Part shown: positions 8,228 through 18,844 of the stretch, piece by piece
Layout of the letters: every line of letters begins with the position of its first letter
Position numbering within the stretch: the stretch's first letter is position 1
Source of the DNA: an uncultured Acidobacteriota bacterium
Lineage (GTDB): Bacteria; Acidobacteriota; Thermoanaerobaculia; Multivoradales; UBA5704
Direction of reading: 5' to 3'
Length of the DNA: 64,000 nucleotides
Assembly (NCBI GenBank): GCA_963832495.1
Contig: CAWHUF010000007.1
Location: forward strand, 21,821 to 85,820
The notes under the pieces: model-generated
The model's database searches: none
What the model was told of the DNA's origin: nothing
The model's input: only the letters and a program-made list of their open reading frames with translations
Made by a program: the position numbers and the translations under genes

Positions 8228-10112
8228 TTGCTGGAAGTACGTAGTAGCAGGTCGGAGAATGCCGGCCCGGCCGTCCATGCGGCGGGACGTTGGGCCCGGC
8301 AGTTTCTGATCTCGCGGAGCGGATTCGAAGCGGCTGTCATCAGGGCCACGCGGGAGCCTGTCGAGCTGGTGCGGGTGCGATGGCGGGGACGGAGCCGCCG
8401 GGTCGTCGTTCGGCAGGTTCTCACGGAGAGCAGGGTCCGGAATGTCCAGGAGCCTCTCGATCCGGGTTTGTTCGATCCCTGGGCGGAAGCCTCGGAATCT
8501 CTGGCGGTCCGGACGCTTCAGCTCTCCCGGTGCGGGGACTGTGGCGGCGAGAAGAGGGTGCGGTGCGTCACGTGCCAGGGCTCGGCGAGGGTCTCCTGCG
8601 ATTCGTGCAACGGGAGCGGTTCTGTCGGGTCCCAGAGGTCGGGGCGGATGATTGCCTGCCGCGCGTGCCGGGGAGATGGCGAGAGGCGCTGCTCTTGCCG
8701 CGATGGGTGGGTTTCCTGCGGGACTTGCGGCGGGAAGGGCAAGGTGGAGGAGTGGCTCGAAATCAGGGAGGAGGTCTTCGATCGCGGGACGGTTTGGCGA
8801 GGCCGGATGGTGGAGGAGGCGCCTGCCGAGCTGAGGAACGTCCTCCGGCGATCGGATCTGGCAGGGACGAACCCAAGAGAGGACAGGCTTCAGGAGGTTG
8901 CGGTCCAAGGGTTCCGGAGCGAGATCACGACGGTGGCCTACCAGCTCGGAGGCGTCGCGGGCTCGGTCCAGGTCCAGGGATGGGACGGGCGGATTGTCGA
9001 GAACGATTCGAGCCGCGGGCCGTTTGAGCGTCGGCGGCTCCGGACGCTGGAAGGGATGGCGGGGGCCGTCCTGGCGGGGTCCGCTCTGGCGGTCTGGTAC
9101 GGAGCGCGGCACGCGTTTTTCCGGTCGACGCCGAATTACGGAGGGCTCTGGCTCCTCGCGCTGGTCCTGGGCCTCTGTATCGTTCCCCTGGTCCTCTGGT
9201 GGGTTCTGCCGGCGGAGCGCCGCAAAGGGAAGGGTGCCCTCGCGTCGGGGCTGCCGGCGTTGCTGGTCGTCCTGACGCAGGCCGGGCTCGCGGCGACGGG
9301 CGGACCCTCGCTCGACCATGCGCGGGCGGTCGCGGCGAGAGGCCAGTTGGAGGAGGCCCTGCGCGAGTCGGCCGCCTGTTTCGATCTTGGAGTCGAATCG
9401 GAGCCGGCCGCCGCCTTCCACGATCAGCTTCAGCTTGGAAGGGTCCGGCAGGCCCGCGATCCGCAAAGGGCCTGGGAGGCCGCCGCCTCGTTGCCTTTCC
9501 TGACCGAGACCGGGAAGGAGCAGGCCCGGGCGCACGCGATGGAGGTGACGATCCAGGCCGGCGCGGCTCTCCAGGAGAAGGGCGAATTCGCCGAGAGCGC
9601 CCTCGTGCTCGATTCCGCTCCTCCCGAGCTTCCGGCAGACCCGATCCCTGGCGGGCCTCCGCCGCCGCGTGTACCTCGAGGATGCGCTCCCCCTCTGGAA
9701 GGTGATCGAGTCCCGCCGCAAGCCGCTCGAAGACCGGGTGGCTGCCTGCAACGACATCGCTCCGCACATCCAGGGCCTGGCCTCCCTGCCAATACCCCTC
9801 CCAATACCCCTCCCAATACTGCCGGACGACGCCTCATTGATGATCCCCCAGGAGGTCGAGGAGAAGTGCGCCCAGCTTCAAGAGCAGCGCCTGGCGGAAA
9901 TCCAGCGCCAGAGGGACGCCGAAGCCCGGGCAGCCGAACGGGCGCGCCAGAGAGAAGAGGCCGCCCGGGAGGCCGCGCAGAGGAGGTGGGCCAGGGCTCC
10001 GCTCCTGTGCAACGACGGGACGCGGTCGCCGTCATGCATCTGCGGAGGATCGCACCGGGGGTGTTGCTCCTGGCATGGCGGGGTGGCGGGGTGTTCGGTG
10101 GAGTGGCCGTAG
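8228..10112 (+). CDS. Membrane protein with DnaJ-type CxxCxGxG zinc fingers, TM helices and a Cys-rich C-terminus (frameshift near 9640; start uncertain)
   Basis: CGDCGG, CVTCQG, CDSCNGSG, CRACRGDG, CGTCGGKG; 3 hydrophobic helices; continues in ORF 9669..10112, ending CNDGTRSPSCICGGSHRGCCSWHGGVAGC. Confidence 0.6.
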
Positions 10113-10189
10113 TGAGGACCCGGGCGTTTGCAATCAGAAGCCCCGATTGCCTCCAATTTGGCGACTCTACCGCCAGAAAGGAAGCAAAA

Positions 10190-10593
10190 ATGGCGACGCC
10201 GGACTCTACGTCGCCATGAGGCCCGGGGGACCGCTGGACCGGCCTGAGGAGATCGCCGGTGCCGCCCTCGAAGGGCTGGTCGCTCAGCATTTGCGGGCCT
10301 GGATCGACTATTCGGAGGCGGATCTCTCGTTGAGTTTCTGGCGCACCAAGGCCGGCAACGAGGTCGATCTCGTCCTCTACGGCCGGGACGGCTTCTGGGC
10401 CTTCGAGATCAAGCACACCGCCACGATCCGGGCCGCGGATCTCAAAGGGCTCAAGGCCTTTCGGGAGGATTACCCCGAGGCGACGTGCCGCCTCCTGTAC
10501 CGCGGCCGGGAATCCCTGGAGATCGACGGCATCCGCTGCCTGCCCTGTGAGGACTTTCTGCGCGGGCTGGTGCCTGGACGGGCGCTGCCGTGA
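10190..10593 (+). pseudogene. C-terminal DUF4143 fragment of an AAA+ ATPase
   Basis: DAGLY..GAALEGLVAQHL..FWRTKAGNEVDLVL..AFEIK is typical of DUF4143; there is no upstream ATPase domain or convincing start. Confidence 0.65.
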
Positions 10594-11423
10594 GCGGCGG
10601 CAGCGGCGGGAGTACGGCGGGCGGCAGCTTCAAGTGACGTAAGCGGCGGAGTATCCGAATTGAGCTAGAGTACGATCCCTACTCCTACCTTTGACCAATG
10701 AAAGGGGATTTCGTGATGCGCAAAGTTTCCCGGCTCAAGAACACTCCGCGTGAAATCGACTCCTCCGAGCTTCTCCCGCGTCTCGGGCGGCGCAACGTTG
10801 TCCGTCGGTAACTTGCTCCTCAGCATCGGAGTCACCGATGTTGCCGCGAGCAATATCGACACGGCGCTCCAACTCGGGCCTCGGTAAGCCGGGCTCGACA
10901 AAGCGCTGAGCCTCGACGGGCGGCGGCTCCAAAAGGTGAGAGCTCCGCCGCCCGTCCGAGGGTAGGGACTCGGTCCAGCGGCCAGTTCGCCGGGACCCAG
11001 CCGTTGGGATAGTCGCAGCGCTGCTTGTAGCCGTCCAGGGTGCCGCAGCCTCCACACCACTTCCGCTCACAGCCCGCGGGAGCCCATTCGTAATCGGGAC
11101 CGGCAGGAGCCCGCGAGGTGCGGGTGCTGGCGGGCGTAGATCATCCGCCCCGTGCCGTTGGAAAAGCCGGCCTTGTTGTAGCCCGACTTGCATGTGTCGC
11201 AGCCGTCCGTGTCGTAGGTGCACTCGGTGCTCGACGGATGGTTCCAGTCGTAATCCTGGTCGATCTCCATCACGTTCTCATCGACGATTCCGGGAACGCC
11301 GTCGCGGTATACGGGCGTCCAGAAGCCCCTGTAGTCCGAAAGCCAGACGTGCATCTGGCTACGTGGGAAATCCTGCGGCCTGTCCGTCTCTTGAGGGGTA
11401 GATAAAAAAGAAGGGAGAACCCT

Positions 11424-11768
11424 ATGGCCCTGAAGTTGATCAAGAAGATGGCCGCCGTCACGAGCGCTTCCACGCTCAGCCTCTCGGTGTCCAAGAAAGC
11501 GACGGTCGCCACGTCGGTGGAGGTTGGCTCGACGGGAAGCGACGACAAGAGCTTCACCGACAAGCAGTTGACGCCCGGCCCGGCCCAGATGCCGCTGAAC
11601 CCTGCGAACAGCTACAACATCGTCTGGAGCGGAGCCTTCGTGACAAAGGGATCGGTCACGCTCAAGGTCGAGGTCCTGGACATGAACGGAGCCGTCAAAG
11701 GCAAAAAGTCTGTCACCGTCCAGGGTCAGGCCAAAGACAAATTCTTCCGTCTCGTGATGATCCCATGA
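11424..11768 (+). CDS. Hypothetical protein (beta-rich, 114 aa)
   Basis: ORF with AAGGGAGA RBS and coding-like codon usage. Confidence 0.6.
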   Translation: MALKLIKKMAAVTSASTLSLSVSKKATVATSVEVGSTGSDDKSFTDKQLTPGPAQMPLNPANSYNIVWSGAFVTKGSVTLKVEVLDMNGAVKGKKSVTVQGQAKDKFFRLVMIP

Positions 11769-11776
11769 GGTATGCC

Positions 11777-13205
11777 ATGAGCAAGACAACGATTCTGGTG
11801 TTTACCTTGTTTCTCGGTTGCACGGCCGCAGCCCTGGCGCAGAGCGATCCTTGCACGTCGGACCTGAGCTACGGGGAGTATTTCGAGCAGTTGAGCGGGC
11901 AGATCTCGGACGAGTTCAATGGAAGGACGGATGCGGCCAAGGCCGAGACCAAGAGCCAACTGGCCAGCCGCGCCAATGCCGACGGCCTCACCGACAGCAA
12001 TCTGGACCTCCTGCACCGCGCTTTCGTGGCGCTCGGCCTGGGCCAGGTAGATGAAGAGGAAGGGCAATTGGTCTTCAACTTCAATCCCGATTTTCTCGAT
12101 CTCGACATTGGCAAGTTTTCGCCACGGGTTATCGTCCACGACCCGGTGCTCTTCACGGCATTGGACAAGCACATCGGGACCTTGCCGGCGGCCATTCTCC
12201 AGAGCACCAAGGACACCTTTGAAGAAGATCTCGGGGAGCTCGACGACGTCGAGGCGCGGTTGCGCTGGACCAATGCCTCCAGTACACCGGACGCCATGAT
12301 CCAGGAATTGGCCAGCGATATCTTCCAGCCCGCCTACGACGGTGCCGCTAAAGCGGAGCTCCTGGCGATCGCCGAGCAAGGGGCGAACTTCGAACAGCTT
12401 ATCGCCAGTGATCTGTCCGTTTCGAAGGAAAAGGTGTCGACGACTCCTGTGTCCGACATCTGCGCCAATCCTGCCGCCAGGGCGCACTTCCTGCAGTTTG
12501 CGGGCGATCTCCGGGAGAAGGGCAAGAGCGCCCTCACTACGCTGGGCGACGCCCTCACAGGGGCCCGCTTCTTCGATCTGGCGGACCTCATCGAGGGCGA
12601 GCCGCGCTTCACCGTCGAAGTCGCCTACCGCAGCCGTGACGATGCCGCCGGCCCGGATGAGCGCTCCGCCAGCGTGCGCTACGAGTTCGGCAACATCTCG
12701 TACCGGGACTTCAAGGATTGGGCGGGGGAGAACAATAAAGCCATCAAGGGAGAGGGTGCCTCGGCGAGTGTCGGGGAGTATCTGGACACTCAGAAGGCGC
12801 GCAAGGCTCTGCCGAAGTTCTCGGTGTCGATCGATTATTCGAGCTACCCGGAGCTCCGCATCCCGCTGGCGGCGAATGTACCGGATTTCGTCCAGCCCGA
12901 CGCTTCCAAGATCACGGGCATGGCGCGCGGCGGCTGGTATTTTGGCGGTGACAACGACCGCGACCGCCGGCTCGAAGCTCGAGGCCAGCTACGACGATGT
13001 GAGCGACGACCCGGCCCGTCAGGACCGGTTCGTCGGCAAGCTGAGCTGGGTGGAGAAACTGAGCGGGATCGCTCAGGCTGTAGCCGGCAGCGACCTCGTG
13101 GTGACGCTGGTCTATGGCAGCAAGCCCGAGTTCCGGGGCGAGGTGGACGAGGAGCTTGGCGTCCGCTTCGGGCTCAAGTGGTCGCTCGGCGATCCCACGA
13201 AGTAA
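11777..13205 (+). CDS. Secreted/outer-membrane hypothetical protein (frameshift near 12975)
   Basis: Signal peptide MSKTTILVFTLFLGCTAAALA; C-terminal beta-strands continue in ORF 12342..13205 (LGVRFGLKWSLG). Confidence 0.6.
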
Positions 13206-13220
13206 ACAAGCCCGCAGAAA

Positions 13221-13248
13221 GCCTCCGGCGGGCACCTCCGCCGGAGGC
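13221..13248. terminator. GC-rich hairpin after the CDS
   Basis: GCCTCCGGCGG-GCACCT-CCGCCGGAGGC, a perfect 11-bp stem; no U-tract. Confidence 0.4.
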
Positions 13249-13338
13249 CGTCCTCAGATCCCGCCGGGGTGAGGGAACCTCCTCCGCACCATCGTTTTCT
13301 CCTGTATAAAGGAAGTCCTTTCCCAGAAGGAGACCACC

Positions 13339-14364
13339 ATGGTGCGCGTTGTCTTGACTGCCATCGTCTTCACCCTGTCGCTGCTGCCGTCCTCCGCATC
13401 CTCCCAGCCCTACGATCCCACCCCCGGCCCTTCCCGGTTTGGGCCGGAGGACCAGGCGGGGGCTTCGAATACGCAGGGGCCGGCGAAGGTGAAGGAGGCT
13501 CAGAAGCTCATCAAGCGGGGGATCGTGCTTCAGCTTGGGCATGTCTATGAGGAGGGGATGCCCCAGTTCCCGGGGACCCATCCCTGGATCCTTTCCGCGG
13601 CGGAGCCTGTGTTCGTTACGGACCGGCAGATGTCGATCGGGGAGTTGCTCGAGGGGCCGATCGAGATCGGCCAGTTGGGGACTCAGCTCGATACGCTGGG
13701 CCACTTCGGATACCTGCCTCCGGGCGGGACGGGCTTCGGGGATGCGCTGTTCTACAACCAGAACACGGGGGAGGATCTGGTCCCTTCCGGGGCGCCGAAC
13801 AAGGGGCTGGCTCGGCTCGGGGTGGAGAACATCAAGCCTTATTTCACCCGCGGCATCCTGCTCGACGTGGCCCGGTATGCCAACGGCGGGCAGCGGCTCG
13901 TGGCAGGACAGGAGATCACGGTCGCGATGCTTCTCCAGACGCTGGCGGCCCAGAAGCTCAAGCCGTCAGACATCCGAGAGGGGGATGCGGTGCTCATCCG
14001 GACCGGGCATGAGGAGCTGTGGGGGGCGCCGAACTACTACCTGGATTTCTATCCCGGGCTCGGGATCACGCTCGCGGCTCCAGGGCTCGGGCTGCCGGCG
14101 GCGATCTGGCTGTCGGAGAAGAAGATCGGGTTGATCGGGTCGGACAACTGGGGCATCGACGTGCTGCCCAATTTCAACGCCCCCGCCGGGCTGATCGCTC
14201 CGGTGCACCACCACTTCCTGGCGAAGAGCGGAATACCGATGCAGGAGTCGATGCATCTGCAGGAACTGGCGGAGGCGGAGGTGTATGAGTTTGCGTATGT
14301 TTACAGCCCGATGCCGATCAAGGGGGCGAGCGGGTCTCCGGGGATTCCTTTGGCGGTGTATTAG
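13339..14364 (+). CDS. Secreted cyclase-family (kynurenine formamidase-like) metal hydrolase
   Basis: RFGPEDQAGASN, LGTQLDTLGH, RGILLDV, GDAVLIRTG, GSDNWG, PIKGASGSPGIPLA. Confidence 0.85.
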   Translation: MVRVVLTAIVFTLSLLPSSASSQPYDPTPGPSRFGPEDQAGASNTQGPAKVKEAQKLIKRGIVLQLGHVYEEGMPQFPGTHPWILSAAEPVFVTDRQMSIGELLEGPIEIGQLGTQLDTLGHFGYLPPGGTGFGDALFYNQNTGEDLVPSGAPNKGLARLGVENIKPYFTRGILLDVARYANGGQRLVAGQEITVAMLLQTLAAQKLKPSDIREGDAVLIRTGHEELWGAPNYYLDFYPGLGITLAAPGLGLPAAIWLSEKKIGLIGSDNWGIDVLPNFNAPAGLIAPVHHHFLAKSGIPMQESMHLQELAEAEVYEFAYVYSPMPIKGASGSPGIPLAVY

Positions 14365-14366
14365 AA

Positions 14367-14521
14367 GCCCCTCATCACCCCGGCCCTCTTCTCCCGACCC
14401 CTCCCTTCCCCCGCACACCGGGAGAAGAGGGAGAAATACAAAAAACTTGTTTGCTTTTTTTCTTTCCCCCTCTCCCGGTGAGGGGGGCAGGGAGGGGTCG
14501 GGAGAGGGTAGGGTGAGGGCC
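14367..14521. repeat. CCCTCACCCC/GGGAGAGGG palindromic intergenic repeat
   Basis: Imperfect inverted repeat of the same family as 15152-15261 and 42623-42800. Confidence 0.7.
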
Positions 14522-15117
14522 TACCCGGGCCACTCGCTCGGGGTGATGACGCCGTCGCGGTTGCGGTCGAGTTGGTGGAAGCGGGTGGGGCCTCCGGTCC
14601 ATTCGGGGCGGGTCAGGCGGTTGTCGCGGTTGCGGTCGAGGAGCTGGAAGCGCTGCTGCTCCCGGACGGTGGCGCGGGGGCTCCAGGTGGTTCCGATGTT
14701 GCGGGACTCGTCGTACTCGCGGAGAGTGACGTAGCTGTCCTTGTCGCGGTCCAGGCGGTCGAGGACGGTGCCTTCGGGCTGGCGCTCGGCCGGGCTCAGG
14801 CGGCCGTCTCCGTTGGTGTCGAGCTGGCGGAAACGGTCGTCGCGGCGCAGGACGTTCGGGGTCAGGAGCTCGTCGCGGCTCAGGCGGCCATCCTGGTTGC
14901 GGTCCACGGTGCGGTAGGCGGCCGGATCGAGGGGCCACTCGGAGAGGGAGACGTAGCCGTCCTTGTCGCGGTCCAGCTCTTCGAAGCGCTTGACGTAGGG
15001 GTTCTCCTGGGCCGGTTCGCCTTGTTTGGTCTGGGGCTTCGGAGTCTTGTCGTCCTGAGGGCTCGACCCTGTCAGGACCAGGAGAAGGATGAGGAGGAAT
15101 GGGGTGCGGCTTTGCAT
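14521..15117 (-). CDS. Secreted EF-hand repeat protein
   Basis: Signal peptide and six DxN/DxDG loops (DRDKDGYVSLSE, DRNQDGRLSRDE, DTNGDGRLSPAE and others). Confidence 0.85.
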   Translation of the reverse strand: MQSRTPFLLILLLVLTGSSPQDDKTPKPQTKQGEPAQENPYVKRFEELDRDKDGYVSLSEWPLDPAAYRTVDRNQDGRLSRDELLTPNVLRRDDRFRQLDTNGDGRLSPAERQPEGTVLDRLDRDKDSYVTLREYDESRNIGTTWSPRATVREQQRFQLLDRNRDNRLTRPEWTGGPTRFHQLDRNRDGVITPSEWPG

Positions 15118-15151
15118 ATGCGCCTCCTACATCCTCAGGATAGTGCAAGGT

Positions 15152-15261
15152 GGGTGCCGTAGGGACCTCACCCCGGCCCTCTCCTGAAGGAGAGGGAGAA
15201 AAACAGGGTTCGAGCTCCCTCTCCTTCAGGAGAGGGCCGGGGTGAGGTCCCTACGGCACCC
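15152..15261. repeat. Perfect 47-bp inverted repeat (palindromic element)
   Basis: 15152-15198 is the exact reverse complement of 15215-15261, with a 16-nt loop. Confidence 0.9.
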
Positions 15262-15640
15262 GCACCCTCTGCTCGAACAGCTCGCGGAGGGCGCGCTCGG
15301 GCTGGTCGCAGAGGCCGGAGTGGACGGCGGAGATCTGGAGGATGGTGCTGCGTGGGGCCACGAGCCAGTGGAAACGCTCGCGGAGAGAGAGGCGGGCGAT
15401 GGGACCCGCGTCCGGCCGGCCGGCACAGATCCTCGGAATGGCTTCGAGGTGGTGGCGCACCAGGTCCAGATCGGTGTCGGGCCAGAGGGCGCGGAGACGG
15501 GGCTCGTCGAGCTCGACGCGGGCTGCCAGGTAGTCCCTTTCGAGACAGAAGAGGATCACTCCCGCGTTGATGAATTCCTCGCGCTCCACCCGGGGCACCA
15601 CCCGGATGATGCCGTAGTCAAACGAGCTGAGCGCGGGCAC
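15251..15640 (-). CDS. DUF3037 domain protein
   Basis: FDYGIIRVVPRVEREEFINAGVILFC..RERFHWLVAPRSTILQISAVHSGLC. Confidence 0.88.
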   Translation of the reverse strand: MPALSSFDYGIIRVVPRVEREEFINAGVILFCLERDYLAARVELDEPRLRALWPDTDLDLVRHHLEAIPRICAGRPDAGPIARLSLRERFHWLVAPRSTILQISAVHSGLCDQPERALRELFEQRVRVP

Positions 15641-16400
15641 GCACCGCCTCCTCGGTGAACAGGGACGCCGCTTCGAGGCGCCGGGTCAGGAAGTCCAGGT
15701 AGCCAGAACGCCGGTCTTTTGGGGAAATACCGGGATCTGAATCGAGCCAGCCGTCGGGGATCTGCCCGATCATCTCCGCGAACAGGGCCTCGGAGAGGCG
15801 CGGGATCAGGCGCTGGGACGCCTCTTCGATGCCGTTCGCCCAGGGCAGGAGGACGTGGTCGCGGATGGCGGGGAAGCGGCCGCGGGCGCTCGTCTCCAGG
15901 CTCTCCCAGTTGTGGTGGAAGTAGAGGGCGGCGCCGTGGTCGATGAAGTAGAGGGCCTTGTGCCACCACAGGAGGTTGGGGTTGCGCGGGGTGCGGTCGA
16001 CGTTGGTGACGAAGGCGTCGAACCAGACGGCCTCGGACGCCAGATGAGGCTCGACGGTATCTGCGGCAGCGGCGGCGGCGTCGAAGGTGGCGGAGCCGGG
16101 GAGGTAGTCGAGGCCGAGGTTGATCCCCACGCTCGATTTCAGGAGGTCGCGGATCTCGGGGTCGGGCTCGTTGCGGCCCAGCGCCGCGTCCACTTCCACG
16201 AAGACCAGCTCGGGCACTTTGAGGCCCAGGGCGCGGCCGGTCTCGCCGGCGATCAGCTCGGCCACCAGCGCCAGCGGTCCCTGGCCCGCCCCCCGGAACT
16301 TGAGGACGTAGAGGCCCAGGTCGTCCGCTTCGACGATCGCGGGCAGCGAGCCGCCTTCGCGGAGAGGGGTGACGTAGCGGGTGGCGTAGACGGTTCGCAA
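15618..16400 (-). CDS. HipA-like kinase (DUF3037-associated)
   Basis: RYVTPLREGGSLP..YVLKFRGAGQG..ELI..NVDRTPRNPNLL..IDHG. Confidence 0.85.
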   Translation of the reverse strand: MRTVYATRYVTPLREGGSLPAIVEADDLGLYVLKFRGAGQGPLALVAELIAGETGRALGLKVPELVFVEVDAALGRNEPDPEIRDLLKSSVGINLGLDYLPGSATFDAAAAAADTVEPHLASEAVWFDAFVTNVDRTPRNPNLLWWHKALYFIDHGAALYFHHNWESLETSARGRFPAIRDHVLLPWANGIEEASQRLIPRLSEALFAEMIGQIPDGWLDSDPGISPKDRRSGYLDFLTRRLEAASLFTEEAVRARAQLV

Positions 16401-16610
16401 GGCTCGAATCCTATCAGGGCCTCCTGAGACAATCCCGCTCCTCGCGGCAGACCGAAGAAGGAATCCCTTCTGTTTCCCGGGGGGGACGGGCTTGCTGTAG
16501 AGAAGTCTCTATATTGGGAGGTTGTAATAACTGCGATCGGATCGCCCGTTCCTCTTTCCTTTTCCTTTCACGATCGCTAAACTCGCCGCCCTGTCACGAA
16601 AGGATCTCGA

Positions 16611-18102
16611 ATGGCCCTCCGGAATCGATGGGCTCATGCCGGCATCGCGGCCCTGGGGTTGGGATACTTCCTCTGGTATGTGCCGTACAGCGGCCTGGCC
16701 AAGGTGTTGTCGTCCGGCAAATACCCGGGCGTGCCGGGGCCGATTTCGGGGTTTGAGCTGCTGCCGGCCACGGCCCTGGGAAGCTCTCGCGGGCATGCTG
16801 GTCTTCCTGCTGGTGACGGGTTTGTGGCGGCACGCGCGGCCGCTGCGCTGGCGGGGGCTCTCGGTGCCCGGGGCGGGACGGGAGACGCTGGCGGCGGCGT
16901 TCTTCACGGCGCTGATCATCGCCGCGACGACACTCAACTTCACGTTCACGGGCGTCTCGATCCTGTTCATGCTGCTCCTGATGCGGTCGGGCGTGCTGGT
17001 TCTCTCGCCGCTGCTCGATGCTCTGCACTGGCGGCGGGTGAGCGGGTATTCCTGGGCGGCCCTGGGCTTGTCGCTCACGGCGGCGGCGGTGGCGCTGGCG
17101 GACGTCAAGAGCTATGCGCTGACGTGGGCGGCGGTGTTGTCGCTGGCCGTGTACGTCGGGGGCTACGCCGGCCGGTTCGAGGTGATGAGCCGGTTCGCCA
17201 AGACGCGCGACCCGGAGCTCAACCGGCGGTTTTTCGTCGAGGAGCATCTGGCTTCGACGCCGCTCCAAGTGCTGATCCTGCTGATCCCGGCTTTGCTGGG
17301 CCATGAGGAGCTGCGGCGGGGTTTCACGAGCTTCCTCCTGACCCCCGCGGCCGTGCCGGCGTTCCTGGTGGGCCTCTTGTACGAGGGGCTGTTCATCTTC
17401 GGCAGCCTGATCTATCTGAGCCCTCGGGAGTACACGTTCTGCGTGCCGGTGAACCGCGGCGCGAGCCTGCTGGCCGGAGTGGTGGCCTCCTTTGGCGTAG
17501 CGGCCTGGTTCGGCGAGGCGCCACCCAGCGCCTGGCAACTCGCGGCGGCCGGGCTGGTGGTGGTGGCGCTGGTGGTATTGGCGTGGCCCGCATTGGCCCG
17601 GAAGGGGGAGGTCACGGCGGGGCCGGAGCGGACGCGCCTGTTCCTCTTCGTCTGTGGCGGCAACACGTGCCGCTCGCCCATGGCCGTGGCGGTGGCGCGA
17701 GCGGAGCTGGCGGCGCGGCTGCGCATCCCCTGGCGGGACTTCGGGCGCTCGCCCATCCAGGCGGTGAGCGCCGGGGTAAAGGCCGAGACGGGCAAGCCGC
17801 TGACGCCGGAGGCGGTGGTGGCGCTGCGGGAGATCGGCGTGCCGGCGATCCGGCACCGGGCCCGCCCCGTGACGGCTGAGATGATCGAGCGGGCCGAGAC
17901 AGTCTTCTGCATGACGAGATCGCAGCGCGAGATGGTGATCGCCCTGGTGCCGGCGGCGGCGGGGAAGACGGTCTGCCTCGATCCGGACGGGGACGTCCCC
18001 GATCCGATCGGCCACGGGCAGGAGGCGTACCGGACGTGTCTCGCGCGGATCCGGGGAGCGGTGCGGCAGCGTTTGGACGAGCTTTCAGGGATGCCGGTCT
18101 AG
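16611..18102 (+). CDS. Multi-pass membrane protein fused to a low-molecular-weight protein-tyrosine-phosphatase/ArsC domain (frameshift near 16780)
   Basis: About 10 TM helices, then FVCGGNTCRSPMA (CX5R) and DVPDPIG; the N-terminus lies in ORF 16611..17306. Confidence 0.75.
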
Positions 18103-18815
18103 CCATCGTTGTCTGAGCAGGGGGAGGAGCCATCGAACCACTGCACGTAGTCCGCGAGGGGAGCCCGTTCCGGCGCGAAGGCGTTGACCGGCGCGGCGGG
18201 GTCCGGGTATCCCACGGCCATGCCGCAGACGATCAGGCGATCGGGGCCGAAGCCCGGGTGCTCGCGGCTCAAATATTCGCGGATGATGTCGCTGTAGGCC
18301 GTGATCGAGTATTGCGGGCAGCTCCCGAGGCCGCGGGCCACCAGCCCCAGCATGACGTTCTGCACGAAGAAGCCCATCTCCAGGAAGATCCCCGGCGGCG
18401 CGTCCGCGGGCAGGTGGAAGATCAGCTCGACGGGCGCGCCGTAGAAGCGCTGGTTGTCGCGCAGGTGGGCGCGGCGGGCCGCCTCGTCGGCGCGCTCGAT
18501 GCCCTTGGCCGCGAACACACCCGCGCCCGCGGCCCGCGCCCGCGCCTCCTCGACCGATCCTTCCGAAGGAGGGCGGTTGGAGTAGTCGTGCCGGGCGGGC
18601 ACGCCGCGGTCGAAGCCGTCGCACAGCCTGCGGGCGAGCTCCTCGCGGGCGGCGCCCAGGAGCACGGCCACGCGCCAGGGCTGGGAGTTGCGGGTGGACG
18701 GGGCGTTCGCCGCGGCGGCGAGCACCTCCTCCAGCACCTCCCGCGGCACGGGGCGGTCGAGGAAGGCTCGCTTGCAGTGGCGGGCCCGGAGGATGTCGAG
18801 AAAGTCCTTATCCAT
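18099..18815 (-). CDS. Nitroreductase family protein
   Basis: MDKDFLDILRARHCKRAF..APSTRNSQPW..FYGAP..GLGSCPQ..GMAVGY. Confidence 0.88.
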   Translation of the reverse strand: MDKDFLDILRARHCKRAFLDRPVPREVLEEVLAAAANAPSTRNSQPWRVAVLLGAAREELARRLCDGFDRGVPARHDYSNRPPSEGSVEEARARAAGAGVFAAKGIERADEAARRAHLRDNQRFYGAPVELIFHLPADAPPGIFLEMGFFVQNVMLGLVARGLGSCPQYSITAYSDIIREYLSREHPGFGPDRLIVCGMAVGYPDPAAPVNAFAPERAPLADYVQWFDGSSPCSDNDG

Positions 18816-18844
18816 GAGCTGGGAGGGGATTCTACAGCGCAGCC

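Noticed and set aside
9788-9820. 12-bp tandem repeat CCAATACCCCTC
   Set aside because: A simple in-frame micro-duplication (PIPL repeats) with no further signal.
10735-11360. Cys-rich minus-strand fragment (ECTYDTDGCDTCKSG..KWCGGCG)
   Set aside because: Looks like a broken gene remnant, but there is no clear start, frame or family, so it was not called.
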